DNA from: Octopus vulgaris
Taxonomy: Eukaryota
NCBI GenBank assembly: GCA_951406725.2
Contig: OX597818.1
Span: 56,482,001-56,546,000 of the forward strand
Length of the DNA: 64,000 bases
Direction: 5' to 3'
How positions within the stretch are numbered: the first letter of the stretch is position 1; each line of letters starts with the position of its first letter. Positions 25,760-39,044 of this stretch are shown piece after piece. The notes beneath the pieces were generated by a model, which saw nothing but the letters and a program-made list of their open reading frames with translations, was not told the origin of the DNA and did not search any database. Both the position numbers and the translations under genes were made by a program.

Positions 25760-26850
25760 TATATTTAAATAAAACAAGTTTATTTTTTAACATAAGAGGT
25801 AAATAGCTGGGGTATTTTTTTGGTTTTTCATATTTTCATATACATAAAAGCTTCTGTCTATTAACCCATTCATGCAAATCGTCCGTTTATAACTGACCCT
25901 TAATTTATAAGGGTATAAAACAAATGCTTGATACAAATTGTGATTTGTGTATGATCTGTATCAAAGGATGAAACATGTTCTTAACTCATATGCAGTCTGT
26001 ATCAAACGGATTTAAATGAAATATTTTTCAGCTGTTATTTTGGTCAAAATAATAGTTTCTGTGGATTTTCAGGCAATTTCATTCACTAGAAAAAATTTCG
26101 GAACAAATGGATTAAATTCACACGCAAAGCATTGGTTGGCCTGGAGTTATAGTAGAAAACTCTTGCCCCTGGCCTGGCACAGAAGAGAATGAACCCAAAA
26201 CTCCATGGTACCAAAGCGAGTTTCTTAACAATACAACTATGCCTTCTGATATAGTGATTCTCCTCATGTATACTCTTATAAATAAATTCACCATGTTGGA
26301 CCACTGAAATCTATCATTTGCCATGCAGGACACAAACATACACACACATCACACAAACACACGCGCATATGTCACACACACACACACACAGACATGCATA
26401 CTCTCTCACACACACACACACAAACAACATATCCACACACGCACATATACCACGCACATATATACGCAAACATACACAAGCACAGACCCCCTGTCTCTCT
26501 CTCTCTCTCTCTGACACACACACGCAACAAGCAAACTCAACAAACACCAACAAAAACCAGCTTCTGTGGTTTCTCCCTGCATATTCAGCGCCCTGTATTT
26601 TGTAGAAGATCCATTTGTAACGTTAACAACTGAAGAAACTCCCCAAGGAGGTACCTATGACAACCGAAACCAACTCAAAGAGGTTGTGGCTGACATGGGA
26701 CTGAAGATTAAACTCTTTTGCAGGCGAACATTAATTCAAACAAAGCATACATAGTTACAAGGTTTTAAAGTTGTTAAATCTTAGCCAATCGGAAGCCTCC
26801 ATTGCTAACATACTGGAAATCGCAATTGTCTGTTTTCCAGAGAATAGCAT

Positions 26851-27485
26851 TCATCATCATCATCATCATCATCATTTAACGTCTGCTTTCCATGCTGGCA
26901 TGGGTTGGATGGTTTGACTGTGGGCTGGCGAACCAGATGGCTGCACCAGGCTCCAATCTTGATCTGGCAGAGTTTCTACAGCTGGATGCCCTTCCTAATG
27001 CCAACCACTCCGAGAGTGTAGTGGGTGCTTTTACATGCCATCAGCACGAACGCCAGTCAGGCGGTACTGGCAACGACCTCGTTCGAATTTTTTTTTTTTT
27101 CTACACATGCCAACAGCACAGGTGCCAGTACAGCGATGCTGGTAATGATCATGCTCGAATGGTGTCTTTTACGTGCCACGAGCACGGAGGCCAGTTAGCC
27201 GCTCTGGCAACGATCACGCTCGGATGGTGCTCTTACTAGCATGGGGCACAGGTGCCAGTAAGGCGATGCTGGTGACAATCACACTCGAATGGTGCCTTTT
27301 ATGTGCCACTGGCATGGAAGCCATTTAGCTGCTCTGTCAACGATCACGCTCGTATGGTGCTCGTGCCCGTCATCGAATTTCACTTTGATTTTGATTTCGA
27401 TTTCACTTGCTTCAACAGGTCTTCGCAAGCAGAGTTTAGTGTCTAAAGAAGGAAAAGGTACACACAAGTGGGCTGGTTACGCCCC
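26851..27485 (-). mobile_element. RTE-type LINE 3' UTR fragment
   Basis: Collinear with 22642-23150, with a different number of internal tandem units. Confidence 0.88.
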
Positions 27486-27609
27486 TCATTTGTGTATATC
27501 GTTATCCCCCTATCACTGTTTCTTGTTTCCAGCTCAGATCCTTTGAACGATTGCAGCAAATTTTATTTATTTGCCTTTGTCTTAAATACAAGATTATTTT
27601 TGCACAAAA

Positions 27610-27965
27610 TGAGCTATTCAACAGTGAATTTCGTGAAATTGTCGGAGAAAGACGGAGCATGGAACAACGTCTTTTCAGGAAATGGATGTTATGATAAAGT
27701 TATGTTGGAGACAACTGGTTATCACCATGGAAGTAGATATCATGGCTGTATCTGTTGGTGCTGCAGCAAGAACAAATACCATGAATCTGTCTGTGTGAGA
27801 ACAGGCACATGGCTGGAAGGTAGAACTCTTTTTAAGATTGGGAATTTGTTTTTGAAACCCTGGTTGAAGGAATGGACTGCAGTTCGGTTTTGTGTGGAGG
27901 AGTTAGGAGTCAGCATCTCTTGATTACAACCATTACTTACCTGAGGTATGTGCAGAGGATTTACT
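27610..27965 (+). pseudogene. Merlin (IS1595/ISXO2-like) transposase N-terminal relic
   Basis: G.CWCCSKNK...SVCVRTGTWLEG..L...W.KEWT.VRFCVEELGVS, then a frameshift to LDYNHYLPEVCAE; matches the S.R.GTW.E...ELG.S...VD..N.LREVC pattern of Merlin transposases. Confidence 0.65.
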
Positions 27966-28000
27966 CCACACCCCATCATCATCATCATCATCATCATCAT

Positions 28001-28380
28001 GTGGTAAGTAGCTTGCTTATGAACCACATGGTTCTGGGTTCAGTCCCTCTGCGTGGCATCTTGGGCAAGTGTCTTCTACTATAGCCTCAATCCGACCAAA
28101 GCTTTGTGAGTAGATTTGGTAGACAGAAACTGAAAGAAGCCCGTTGTATATATGTATGTGTGTGTATTTGTTTATGTGTCTGTGTTTGTCCCTCCAACAT
28201 CGCTTGACAACTGATGCTGGTGTGTTTACGTCCCTGTAACTTAGCAGTTCAGCAATAGAGACTGATAGAATAAGTATTAGGCTTACAAAGAATAAGTCCT
28301 GGGGGGGGGGGACGATTTGCTCGACTAATGGTGGTGCTCCAGCATGGGCACAGTCAAATGACTGAAACAAGTAAAAGAGT
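28001..28380 (+). mobile_element. SINE family A (5'-truncated)
   Basis: Sequence identity with other copies. Confidence 0.9.
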
Positions 28381-28638
28381 ATACAATTATACAGAATGTG
28401 TGTATGAACAGATAAGCATAGATAACATTTTCTACATAGTATTTAGGCAGCCAAAAGACTTACTAATGTTTTCCACGAAATACGGAGATAGTGAAAACAT
28501 CAAATAGCTCAACTAACTACAAGTTACGTCAGATAATTTGCCTGAAATGAAGACAATAACGAAAGTATCATAGTGGTTTGAGAGAGAGAAGGCGGAGAGA
28601 CATTGCTAATTGTACTAGTCTGCCTGGATGAGATAGAT

Positions 28639-29063
28639 CATCATCATCATCGATTAACATCTGCTTTCCATGCTAGCATGGGTCGGACAATTTGATTGAG
28701 GGCTGGCGAACCAGATGGCTGCACCAGGCTCCAATCTTGATCTGGCAGAGTTTCTACAGCTGGATGCCCTTCCTAACGCCAACCACTCCGAGAGTGTAGT
28801 GGGTGCTTTTACGTGCCACTGGCATAGGGCCAGTCAGGCGGTACTGGCAACGACCTTGCTCGAATGTTCTTATACGTGCCACCGGCACAAGTGCCAGTAA
28901 GGTGATGCTGGTAATGATCACACTCGAATGGTGCCTTTTATGTGCCACCAGCACGGAAGATGGTTAGCCGTTCTGTCGACGATCACACTCGTATGGTGCC
29001 CTTTGCATCCCGCTAGCACGGATGCCAGTCATTGAATTTGATTTCGATTTCACTTGCCTCAAC
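28639..29063 (-). mobile_element. RTE-type LINE 3' UTR fragment
   Basis: Collinear with 22642-23080. Confidence 0.88.
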
Positions 29064-29589
29064 ATTAATAATATTTTATATTTCAGCAACAGTAAGGTTC
29101 ACTTCTCTCAACATGAGCTAAGCAAGCCTCTTCGTGGCCGATCAACATGCTAGAAATAACACTGAAATCTTCTGCAAATCACACGTTATACTGCCAGTTT
29201 AGTAAGGAAAATATATAGGACGAGCCAAACGCCCCCACCCCCCGTCCAATGGACGGTGCTGAGTTGTCAAACATTTAAACCAAATTTTCTCAAAACAACT
29301 TGTCTGACTGTCCCATAGGCTTCCCCTTTGAGAAACACTGATTTAACCTAAATTTGAGACACCAGCAAAAGAAGAAATAAAGATAGACTTTTTTCTATTC
29401 CAAAGAAAAACGATTTTATTCACACAAATATGCAAGCGAAGAGTTTAAAGTACCAGTAATGATAAGGCTGTTGACTTGGAGAGCACAAACATGGTTTAAA
29501 CAGAAAGCTTGGCAGGAAAGAAACGTGCCTTTAAGCAGTACAAAAACAACAAAAAATGAAAGGTGCAGTTATGTACAGGTTGGCGGAAG

Positions 29590-29764
29590 AAAAGCAGGAC
29601 AAAAACAGCTTTATTGATCGCTTTCTCACCAGGAATCGATTTTTGTAATTTTTTCAAGACTTATACACTCGGTATCTACATGTCAAATTTGAGCGCAATT
29701 GGATGGAGGATGCCTGAGATCCTAGAAGACACACAGACAGACAGAACAGATTTTATATAAGAGA
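29590..29764 (-). mobile_element. Probable 5' end of a non-autonomous Helitron-like element
   Basis: Minus strand starts A|TCTCTTATATAAAA followed by a (CTGT)n microsatellite and a CTCAAATTTGACATG block, an architecture typical of short Helitrons. The 3' CTAG end was not identified. Confidence 0.45.
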
Positions 29765-30041
29765 TACTGTAGTCCTAGATAAAGACAAAAAGGCTGAGTA
29801 CACCTATCCTCGTTTACCACGGGAGTTTGTTTAAGAAAAAGAAGAAAGAAATCCACCATGTTAAATGAACAGTGATAAATGAATAATAGGACATGTGGGG
29901 GGAAGATAGGGTTCGTTCCCAGACCTCAAGTTTGTCTCCCTAACTTACCCAAATGACACCTGCAGACAGATTTTAAACTCATACATAATGATATTGTTTC
30001 ATGGTTGGAATAATATTCATAGTAAATCTTAATAAAATATG

Positions 30042-30440
30042 GGAGTGGCTGTGTGGTAAGTAGCTTGCTAACCAACCACATGGTTCCGGGTTCAGTCCCA
30101 CTGCGTGGCATCTTGGGCAAGTGTCTTCTGCTATAGCCCCGGGCCGACCAGTGCCTTGTGAGTGGATTTGGTAGACGAAAACTGAAAGAAGCCTGTCGTA
30201 TATATGTATATATATATATATGTGTGTATGTGTGTGTTTGTCCCCCTAGCATTGCTTGACAACAGATGCTGGTGTGTTTACGTCCCCGTCACTTAGCAGT
30301 TCGGCAAAAGAGACCGATAGAATAAGTACTGGGCTTACAAAGAATAAGTCCCGGGGATCGATTTGCTCGACTAAAGGCGGTGCTCCAGCATGGCCGCAGT
30401 CAAATGACTGAAACAAGTAAAAGAGAGAGTAAAAGAGTAA
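30042..30440 (+). mobile_element. SINE family A
   Basis: Near-identical to 2137-2541. Confidence 0.9.
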
Positions 30441-31688
30441 ATAATATAAAAATAACTAAAAAAAATACCATTGCTGACCTGTGTTATCACAGATCAATTC
30501 GAAGTAAGCGTGACATGGTTCACCATCGATCGATCCTACTGTGTTATATCAGATCAGTGATGAATTAATCAATGATAAATGAGGTTAAATGTGTTACATC
30601 AAGGGTTACATTGGTGCAATTAGGGACGGAATGCCTTTCATCATGGGTTTTCTGGGTCAGGGTTAACTTGAAACCAAACAACAATAAATTCTCTCTATAT
30701 TTTTCAATTTTCAACACGGTTCAGATTACTAACAAGACAAAAGCTGCGACACCTCTAAAATATGCATTCATGGATAGGAAATGAACAAGACCATTCATTC
30801 TTGGTCTCATTTACTAAGAATAGATATTTGGTTATTTGCCAGTTTACAATGTAAAGCACTGTCCAATGTTGGCCCAATAGATTTGGAGATCTTTCACTAA
30901 AGACCAAAATATATTCGAGACTATTTTTGCTCTGCAAGTTTGGCATAGTTTTATATCCTGAAAGTAGAGTTTACTTCCTTGTTTGTTTGTGATATATTTT
31001 ACGACTATATATTCACTAAAGCACTAAATACTACAAAATTAATTGAAACAGTTACCTATGTTGTGGTAGCTGCAAATGTTGCTGTTGTTGTTGCTGTTAG
31101 GCTTCTGGTTAAGACTGTGGTTGTTGTTAGGATTACAGTTATTGTTGCTGGCTCCAAAACAATCCTTGCTGTTTCTAACAAGCTTTTCTCATTATCTCTG
31201 TATCGTGGAAAACACTAGCAAGAAGTCAATTTAGTTCGTTAAACACTGTGTAGAAAATATACAAGTGATTAACTGTCTCTGTATACATTCTGTATAATTA
31301 TGACCATCCATGTAAAAAAAAAAGAAAAAAAAAAAAAAAGACAAACCCATCAGTGCTGGATTGCTAAGAATATAAGCAGCAGGAAGTACTTAAATATGGT
31401 ACAAGGTATTTCTTTTGATGATGGCTAAAGTTGTCACATCGTTTGGAACTCTTCTTGTCAATGAACCATCCGATGGATTTTATGGTTTACACTCCTTCAT
31501 TGATAATCTAAAATGGAGTGTTCAGTTCCTGAGAAACGCCCAATATTTCCTCTCATTATGGAATAACTATAACCTGATGCAGCTATTATTGTTATTGTTG
31601 AGGCGATGTCCTGGCAGAATCGTTACCACGTTGGAAAAAATGCTTAGCGGCACATCCTCCGACACTTTACTTCCTGTGTTAAATTACC

Positions 31689-32103
31689 TATTTCTTTACG
31701 ACCCACAAGGGGCCACACACAGAGGGGACAAACAAGGACAGACAGACAGATTAAGTCGATTATATCGACCCCAGTGCGTAACTGGTACTTAATTTATGAC
31801 CCCCAAAAGGATGAAAGGCAAAGTCGACCTCGGCGGAATTTGGACTCAGAACGTAGCGGCAGACGAAATACCTATTTCTTTACTACCCACAAGGGGCTAA
31901 ACACAGAGGGAACAAACAAGGACAGACAGACAAATTAAGTCGATTATATCGAGCCCAGTGCATAACTGGTCCTTAATTTATCGACCCCTGAAAGGATGAA
32001 AGGCAAAGTCGACCTTGGCGGAATTTGAACTCAGAACGTAACGGCAGACGAAATACGGCTATGCATTTCGCCCGGCATGCTAATGTTTCTGCCAGCTCAC
32101 CCC
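31689..32103 (-). mobile_element. SINE family B dimer nested in an older plus-strand SINE B (~31600-32215)
   Basis: Two bodies joined at CAGACGAAATACC|TATTTCTTT (~31872), with a single head at ~32060-32100. Confidence 0.88.
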
Positions 32104-32707
32104 CCTTCCTGAGTTAAAATACCGCTGAGGTATAATTTGTCTTCCATCCTTTTGAGAACGATAAAATAAGCACTACTTAAGCACTGGAATCAATGCAATC
32201 GGCTAGTCTCAACCGGCAAAATTTCAGGCCTTGTATTCATAACAGAAAGAATTATTGGTGCTACTTTGGTGTGTGATCTATGCGAGCAAATTTACTTTGG
32301 TGTGTGTGATCTACGTGCTTATTTTAAAAAGTCACATTCGTCACATTCGATCACAGCACCAGTAACAGATAAGCTTCGTGCAATGGCCATACTCAATAAC
32401 GAGGGGGCAGCCATAATAATATATATATATATCTTTCATAAACATCTGTTTATATATTATATTCTATATTTTATATTTCATATACTGTGTATTGTGAATA
32501 GCAGAATACACATAATCTAATATTAATAATAATAATAATATTAGTAATAACTGAATATTACATATGTACTTATGGATGTGGATGTGTATGTATATTTCAG
32601 TATATATAATCAATTATGTATAACCATATATGTATATATATATACATTCAAATGTGTGTGTATTTTGTTTTATATTTATATTTATTTTTATTATGATTGT
32701 ACTTTAT

Positions 32708-32832
32708 AATCTCTGACGGGGCCTAGAGATATACACAAGTACCTCATTTGCATCTGCCTATTACCTCAATACACTTGACTAATATAGGCAGAATGAGATG
32801 CTTTTATCTATGGGCTGAAACAGCTGTAAGTC
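32708..32832 (+). ncRNA. Degenerate hammerhead ribozyme motif with very long helix II
   Basis: CTGACGG (A9->G) at 32713, GGCCTAGAGATA...TATCTATGGGCT, GAAAC-AGCT-GTA; inner hairpin CTCATT..TCTGCCTAT/ATAGGCAGA-ATGAG; stem I decayed. Confidence 0.55.
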
Positions 32833-32917
32833 ATTTTAATAATTCATATTCATGTTTCTTAATAATTACTTGTATCCTTATTTTATATGCATAGAATAAT
32901 ATACTATATGTATGTAT

Positions 32918-33355
32918 GTTAATTAGTCCAGCTAAAGATCTACAATGTCTTGTACAGAATTGGCAACTAATACCTTTACCGCTAATAGCCGGCTGTAGTT
33001 GTAACTGGGCTTCATGTACCTTTGCATGTCGTTTAAGTCCTCCTGCCGAATTACACTCTCTTCCACATGCCTAACAGATATGATTATTATGGTGTGTTAC
33101 ACCACCACCAGTGGCCAGGTTGTCACTCATCTGTCTCACTTTATGACTGCGAAGATGACTCTTGAGTCCAGCTTTACTGAGGCAGGGTCTTGCACAGACA
33201 TTGCATGTCAGCATCAAAGGAAGACCCTTCCCTTCTGGAAGTGTAACAGCGATGCCCTTCCTGACATCCCTCCTTACTTTCTCATGTGCAACTCAAGATT
33301 TCTCAAAAGTGGCTGTCCCCTCGTGCACAATCCTTCTCCACCTGCTACGATCAAT
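32918..33355 (-). mobile_element. RTE-clade LINE ORF C-terminus with three C2H2 zinc fingers (pseudogenised)
   Basis: One frame with 2 stops: IDRSRWRRIVHEGTATFEKS*...CNVCARPCLSKAGLKSHLRSH...C*ACGRECNSAGGLKRHAKVH...CQFCTRHCRSLAGL (third finger truncated). Confidence 0.85.
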
Positions 33356-33636
33356 AGCTATATATATACATACACACACACATACGTTTATGAATTTGTG
33401 CTGTAAGATCCCAGATGTGAAGTCGTGTGTTGAAACAGATATTGTTGTATTTTGTGACGGTCGTCTTTTTTTGACAAATAAACACCCACACTATACATTC
33501 GCTCTTCACTCGTTTCTTACCGTTCTTATTGTAAGTCAAGTCCATTGTTCGGAAATCTTTTCTTACACATCTGTGATCCCCCTCAGTGACACTTTTCGCC
33601 TCCGTGTGTGCTCTTGCTCTCCTTACACACATTAAC

Positions 33637-33759
33637 TACTGGTGAAGGCCGGTTTATTGGCTTACCCTGGGCTTCTCACCATAAATGGCCTAGGGCCATC
33701 AGGTTTTAGGCTCTGGGCAAGAAACCCAGGGTAACCTTAAAACCTGGCCTTCACCAGTA
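33637..33759. mobile_element. Small palindromic MITE
   Basis: TACTGGTGAAGGCC...TTACCCTGGGCTTCT is mirrored by AGAAACCCAGGGTAA...GGCCTTCACCAGTA. Confidence 0.8.
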
Positions 33760-33834
33760 ATTATTATAGACTGCTCTACTTCTTAGACTGTGCTTCTTCT
33801 CCGGATTTATGTTTTTCTAAAAGAAATTAGTATA

Positions 33835-34038
33835 CTCTTTTACTTGTTTCAGTCATTTGACTGCGGCCATGCTGGAGCACCGCCTTTAATCGAGCAACTC
33901 GAACCCGGGACTTATTCTTTTGTAAGCCTAGTACTTATTCTATCGGTCTCTTTTGCCGAACCGCTAAGTAACGGGGACGTAAACACACCAGCATCGGTTG
34001 TCAAGCAATCCTAGGGGGACAAACACAGACACACAAAC

Positions 34039-34071
<33 letters not shown>

Positions 34072-34242
34072 CATATATACGACGGGCTTCTTTCAGTTTC
34101 CGTCTACCAAATCCACTCACAAGGCTTTGGTCGGCCCGAGGCTATAGCAGAAGACACTTGCCCAAGATGCCATGCAGTGGGACTGAACCCGGAACCATGT
34201 GGTTGGTTAGCAAGCTACTTACCACACAGCCACTCCTGCGCC
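33835..34242 (-). mobile_element. SINE family A, full length
   Basis: Reverse complement of the family A sequence. Confidence 0.9.
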
Positions 34243-34244
34243 TG

Positions 34245-34289
<45 letters not shown>

Positions 34290-34358
34290 GCGCGCGTGCA
34301 CACACACACACATACATGACGACTAGCAGAAAACTGCTTGGGTGACGCTTTATTGCTA

Positions 34359-34406
<48 letters not shown>

Positions 34407-35794
34407 GTGTGTATATGTGTGTGTGAATATGATATATATATATATATATATATATAATTTAGATTCAGATGAATATGGTACTTAAGTTGAGGCACCAGAA
34501 TTTAGTATGGTACTGCATTACCTCTGGATATCCTTGTTGCTTATTTTGATTTTAATCACCTTATATATGTGTTTGTGTGTTTGTGTATATATACATATAC
34601 ATAGACAAAACAATATAATTAATTGCTGTGAAAGCCTTCATTTTGTTGTATTTAATTAAGGCTTTTTTTGCCTGATGATACACGGATGTTTTTTTCTTCT
34701 AATCCTTGACCCTGGGACAAGCAGACTTATAAAATACAAATTGATTTCCTCTCCTCATGTAAGCAATTCGTCCTAATTTCGTCTTCCCTTCTTCCTTTGT
34801 GTGTGAATATCTGGAGAGAAAGAGAAAGAAAGTCATTTTTCTAGATATATATAGTTCCACAGTTGTCATTCTGCTTAAACTACCCAGATTTTTTTTCTGC
34901 TTAAGCCACCCCGTTTCCAAATCAACGGCTGTCTTTTTTCTTCTTCTTTTTTTCCTTTTCTCTAGCTTACACACGTACACACACACACATCACGCATCAC
35001 ACACACACACACACATCACATACATCCTAAATATATTCTTTTATTCTAATTGTTTCAGTCATTTGACTGCGGCCATGCTGGAGCACCTCTTTTAGTCGAA
35101 TAAATCGCCCCCCACGACTTATTCTTTGTAAGCCTAGTACTTATTCTATCGGTTTTCTTTTGCCGAACCGCTAATGTTACGGGGACGTAATTACACCAAC
35201 ATCGATTGTCAAGCGATGGTAGGGGTACATTGTATACACATAATATAATACACACACACACACATACACCCATACATATATAAACACATATATATATATG
35301 TACATACATATATACATAACCACACATATATATACAAGTATATTGTGTCTGTTTGTATATATATATATATACATATACAAAATATACTATATATATACAT
35401 ACACACACACACATATATATATATATATGTACATACATATATACATAACCACACATATGCATGTATATTGTGTGTGTGTATATATATATATATCTTTTAT
35501 TTGTTTCAGTCATTTGACTGCGGCCATGCTGGAGTACCGCCTTTATTCGAGCAAATTAATTATTCTTTGGAAGCCTAGTTCTTATTCTATCAGGCTGTTT
35601 TGCCGAACCGCTAGATTACGGGGGGGGGGGGGTCTAAAAACACCACAATCGGTTGTCAAGTGGGCTTCTTTCAGTTTCCGTCTACCAAATCCACTCACCA
35701 GGCTTTAGTAGAAGACACTTGCCCAAGGTGCCACGCAGTGGGACTGAACCTGAACCATGTGATTGGCAAGCAAGCTACTTACCACACAGCCACT

Positions 35795-35841
<47 letters not shown>

Positions 35842-35892
35842 ATGGATAGATAGATAGATATATATATATGAATATATATATAATGCACATAT

Positions 35893-35937
<45 letters not shown>

Positions 35938-35960
35938 AAATACATATATACGTATATATA

Positions 35961-35993
<33 letters not shown>

Positions 35994-36339
35994 GTGCATT
36001 ATATATATATACATATGCGTGTATTATATGTACACATGTATTTACATAAACACACGCGCATATATGTATATATATGTTGTGGGGGTAAATGATTAAGGTT
36101 GCGAAGGGAAAGAAGAACCCCAGTTCTGGCTTTCACCGTCGTTGCCACCCAGCCACCCAGCCACCCTCTGGTCTAATTCCACCAATCCGTATCCTGCTAT
36201 GCTTTTATAACTTCCAACTTCCATCGTACAAACATAAATATTGCCTTAATTTATGTAGCTTTGATTTTTCCTGCTCGCCTTTCCAAAGTGCTATCTCGGA
36301 TAAAGCTATTCTCTGTGTGCGCCTGGCTGCCTGTCCCCC

Positions 36340-37260
36340 CTCTCACTCTCTCTCTCTCTCGCACGCACCCACACATCCACACACAATCACAAACACAGAC
36401 TCTCTTTCTCTTACATACACACATATAATCACAAACACACACTCTCTCTCTCACATGCACATACACACTCTCTCTAACACACACACACATAATCACAAAC
36501 ATTCTCTCTCTCACACACATGCATAATCACAAACACACACACACACTCTCTCTCACGCACACACACATAATCACACAATCACAAACTCTCTTTCTCTTAC
36601 ATATACATAACTACAAACACCCTCTCTCTCTCTCACATACACACATATAATCACAAACACACACACGCACACTCTCTCTCACATGCATATACACACTCTC
36701 TCTAACACACACACACATAATCACAAACATTCTCTCTCTCACACACATGCATAATCACAAACACATACACACATTCACTCTCTCTCACGCACACACACAT
36801 AATCACAAACACACACTCTCTTTCTCTTACATATACATATACATAATCACAAACACACACACACACACACACTCTCTCTCTCACATACACACATGCATAA
36901 TCACAAACACACACACACATTCACTCTCTCACGCACACACACACAATCACAAGCATTCTCTCTCTCACACACATAATCACATACACCTTCTCTCTTTCTC
37001 TCTCACACACACACACACGCTTTCTCATACACTCTCTCACACACATACACAAGCACACTTTCTCTCACCCTCTTTCTCCTGCACACACACACACACACAA
37101 ACACATACACACTTTTTCTTTCACACACACACACTCTTTCTCTCTCTCTCATACTCTCACTCACGCACTTCTCCCTCACCCACTTACACACCCACTCTCA
37201 CGCACATTTACACACTCTCATTGCCTCTCTATCTTCGTTTCTGTCTGTCTCTCTCTCTCT
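36340..37260. repeat. CA/CT-rich minisatellite with recurring ATAATCACAAACAC unit
   Basis: Direct reading. Confidence 0.9.
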
Positions 37261-37761
37261 CCTACAAACAACAATAATAGTATGCGGGTCACTGGGGAAA
37301 ATCTGGGCAATCCTTCGGTATTGGTACACGACATCGATCACCCACACAACCTTCCTCCATGACATACATAAAGAGAGTGAACGACCATACCAACACTCTG
37401 CATACCGATACCGAAGGATCGTCAAAACCTGTTTATACAGTAGCTCGGGGGGTGGGTGGTACTAGAAATAGCAACCAAATCTTTCAAAAAATCACGCGGT
37501 TGCGTCATAAATACATAAAAGATACATTATATAATGCATAATCTAGGCGTGGCTGTGTGGAAAGAAGCTTGCTTCCCAACCACATGGTTCCGAGTTCAGT
37601 CTCAATGCGTGGCAATTTCGTCAAGTGTCGTTGACTATTGCCACGGGCCAACCAAAGACTTGTGAGTGGATTTGGCAGACGGAAACTGAAAGAAGCCCTC
37701 ATATATATATATATACGGAAACTGAAAGAAGCCTGAAGCCTGTTATATGTATATATCTCTC

Positions 37762-38164
37762 TCTTTTACCTGTTTCTGTCATTTGACTGCGGCCATGCTG
37801 GAGCACCGCCTTTAGTCGTGCAAATCGATCCCGGGACTTATTCTTTGTAAGCCCAGTACTTATTCTATCGGTCTCTTTTTGCCGAACCGTGAAGTGGCGG
37901 GGACGTAAACACACCAGCATCGGTTGTCAAGCGATGCTAGGGGGACAAACACAGACACACAAACACACACACACACATATACATATATATATACATATAT
38001 ACGACAAGCTTCTTTCAGTTTCCGTCTACCAAATCCACTCACAAGGCATTGGTCGGCCCGGGGCTATAGCAGAAGACACTTGCCCAAGATGCCACGCAGT
38101 GGGACTGAACCCGGAACCATGTGGTTGGTTAGCAAGCTACTTACCACACAGCCACTCCTGCGCC
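37762..38164 (-). mobile_element. SINE family A, full length, within a cluster of SINE A fragments (37547-38960)
   Basis: Reverse complement of the family A sequence. Confidence 0.9.
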
Positions 38165-38993
38165 TATATATATATATATATATATATGTTCGTGTCTTTG
38201 TCCCTACCACCACTGCTTGACAACCAGTGTTGGTGTGTTTACATCCCCACAAGTTAGCGGTTTGGCAAAAAAGACCGATAGAATAAGAACCAGGCTTTAA
38301 AACAAGTCTGTACCGGTCGCAGTCTAATGACACACACACACACTCTTTTATTCTTTTATTCTTTTACTTGTTTCAGTCATTTGACTGTGGCTATGCTGGA
38401 GCATCGCCTTAAAGGATTTTAGTCAAAGAAATTGAGGGCAGCACTTATTCTTTGTAAGCCTAGTAGTTATTGTATCAATTACTTTTGCCAAACTGCCAGG
38501 TTACGGGGGACATAAACACAGTCACAAACACACATGAATATAAACATATATATACTACACTCTCTGAGTGGTTGGCGTTTGGAAGGGCATCCAGCTGTAG
38601 AAACTCTGCCAGATCAAGACTGGAGCTTGGTGCAGCCATCTGGTTTGCCAGTCCTCAATCAAACCGTCCAACCCATGCCAGCGTGGAAAGCAGACATTAA
38701 ACAATGATGATGATGATATACATGTGTGTGTGTGTATATATTTATATGACGGGTTTCTTTCAGTTTCCGTCTACCAAATCCACTCACAAGACTTTGGTTG
38801 GCCAGAGGCTACTGTAGAAGACTCTTGCCCAAGGTTCCACTGAGTGGGACTGAACCCAGAACCATGTGGCTGAGAAGCAAGTTTCTTACCACACAGCTAT
38901 GCCTGCACCTTGCCACTATATCATATATATATATGACAGGCTTCTTTCAGTTTCCATATATATATATATATATATTTATATATTTACAAGTGA

Positions 38994-39044
<51 letters not shown>

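Noticed and set aside
26625-26690. CTGAAGA...GAAAC hammerhead-like spacing
   Set aside because: Helix II does not close adjacent to the core, and no helix I could be drawn.
30470-30562. Imperfect hairpin resembling a pre-miRNA
   Set aside because: Loop is about 45 nt and the upper stem pairs poorly; it can be explained by a duplicated semi-palindromic motif.
37307-37422. 17-bp inverted repeat pair
   Set aside because: The inverted repeat is real but there is no TSD or classifiable termini; likely a small decayed MITE of little interest.
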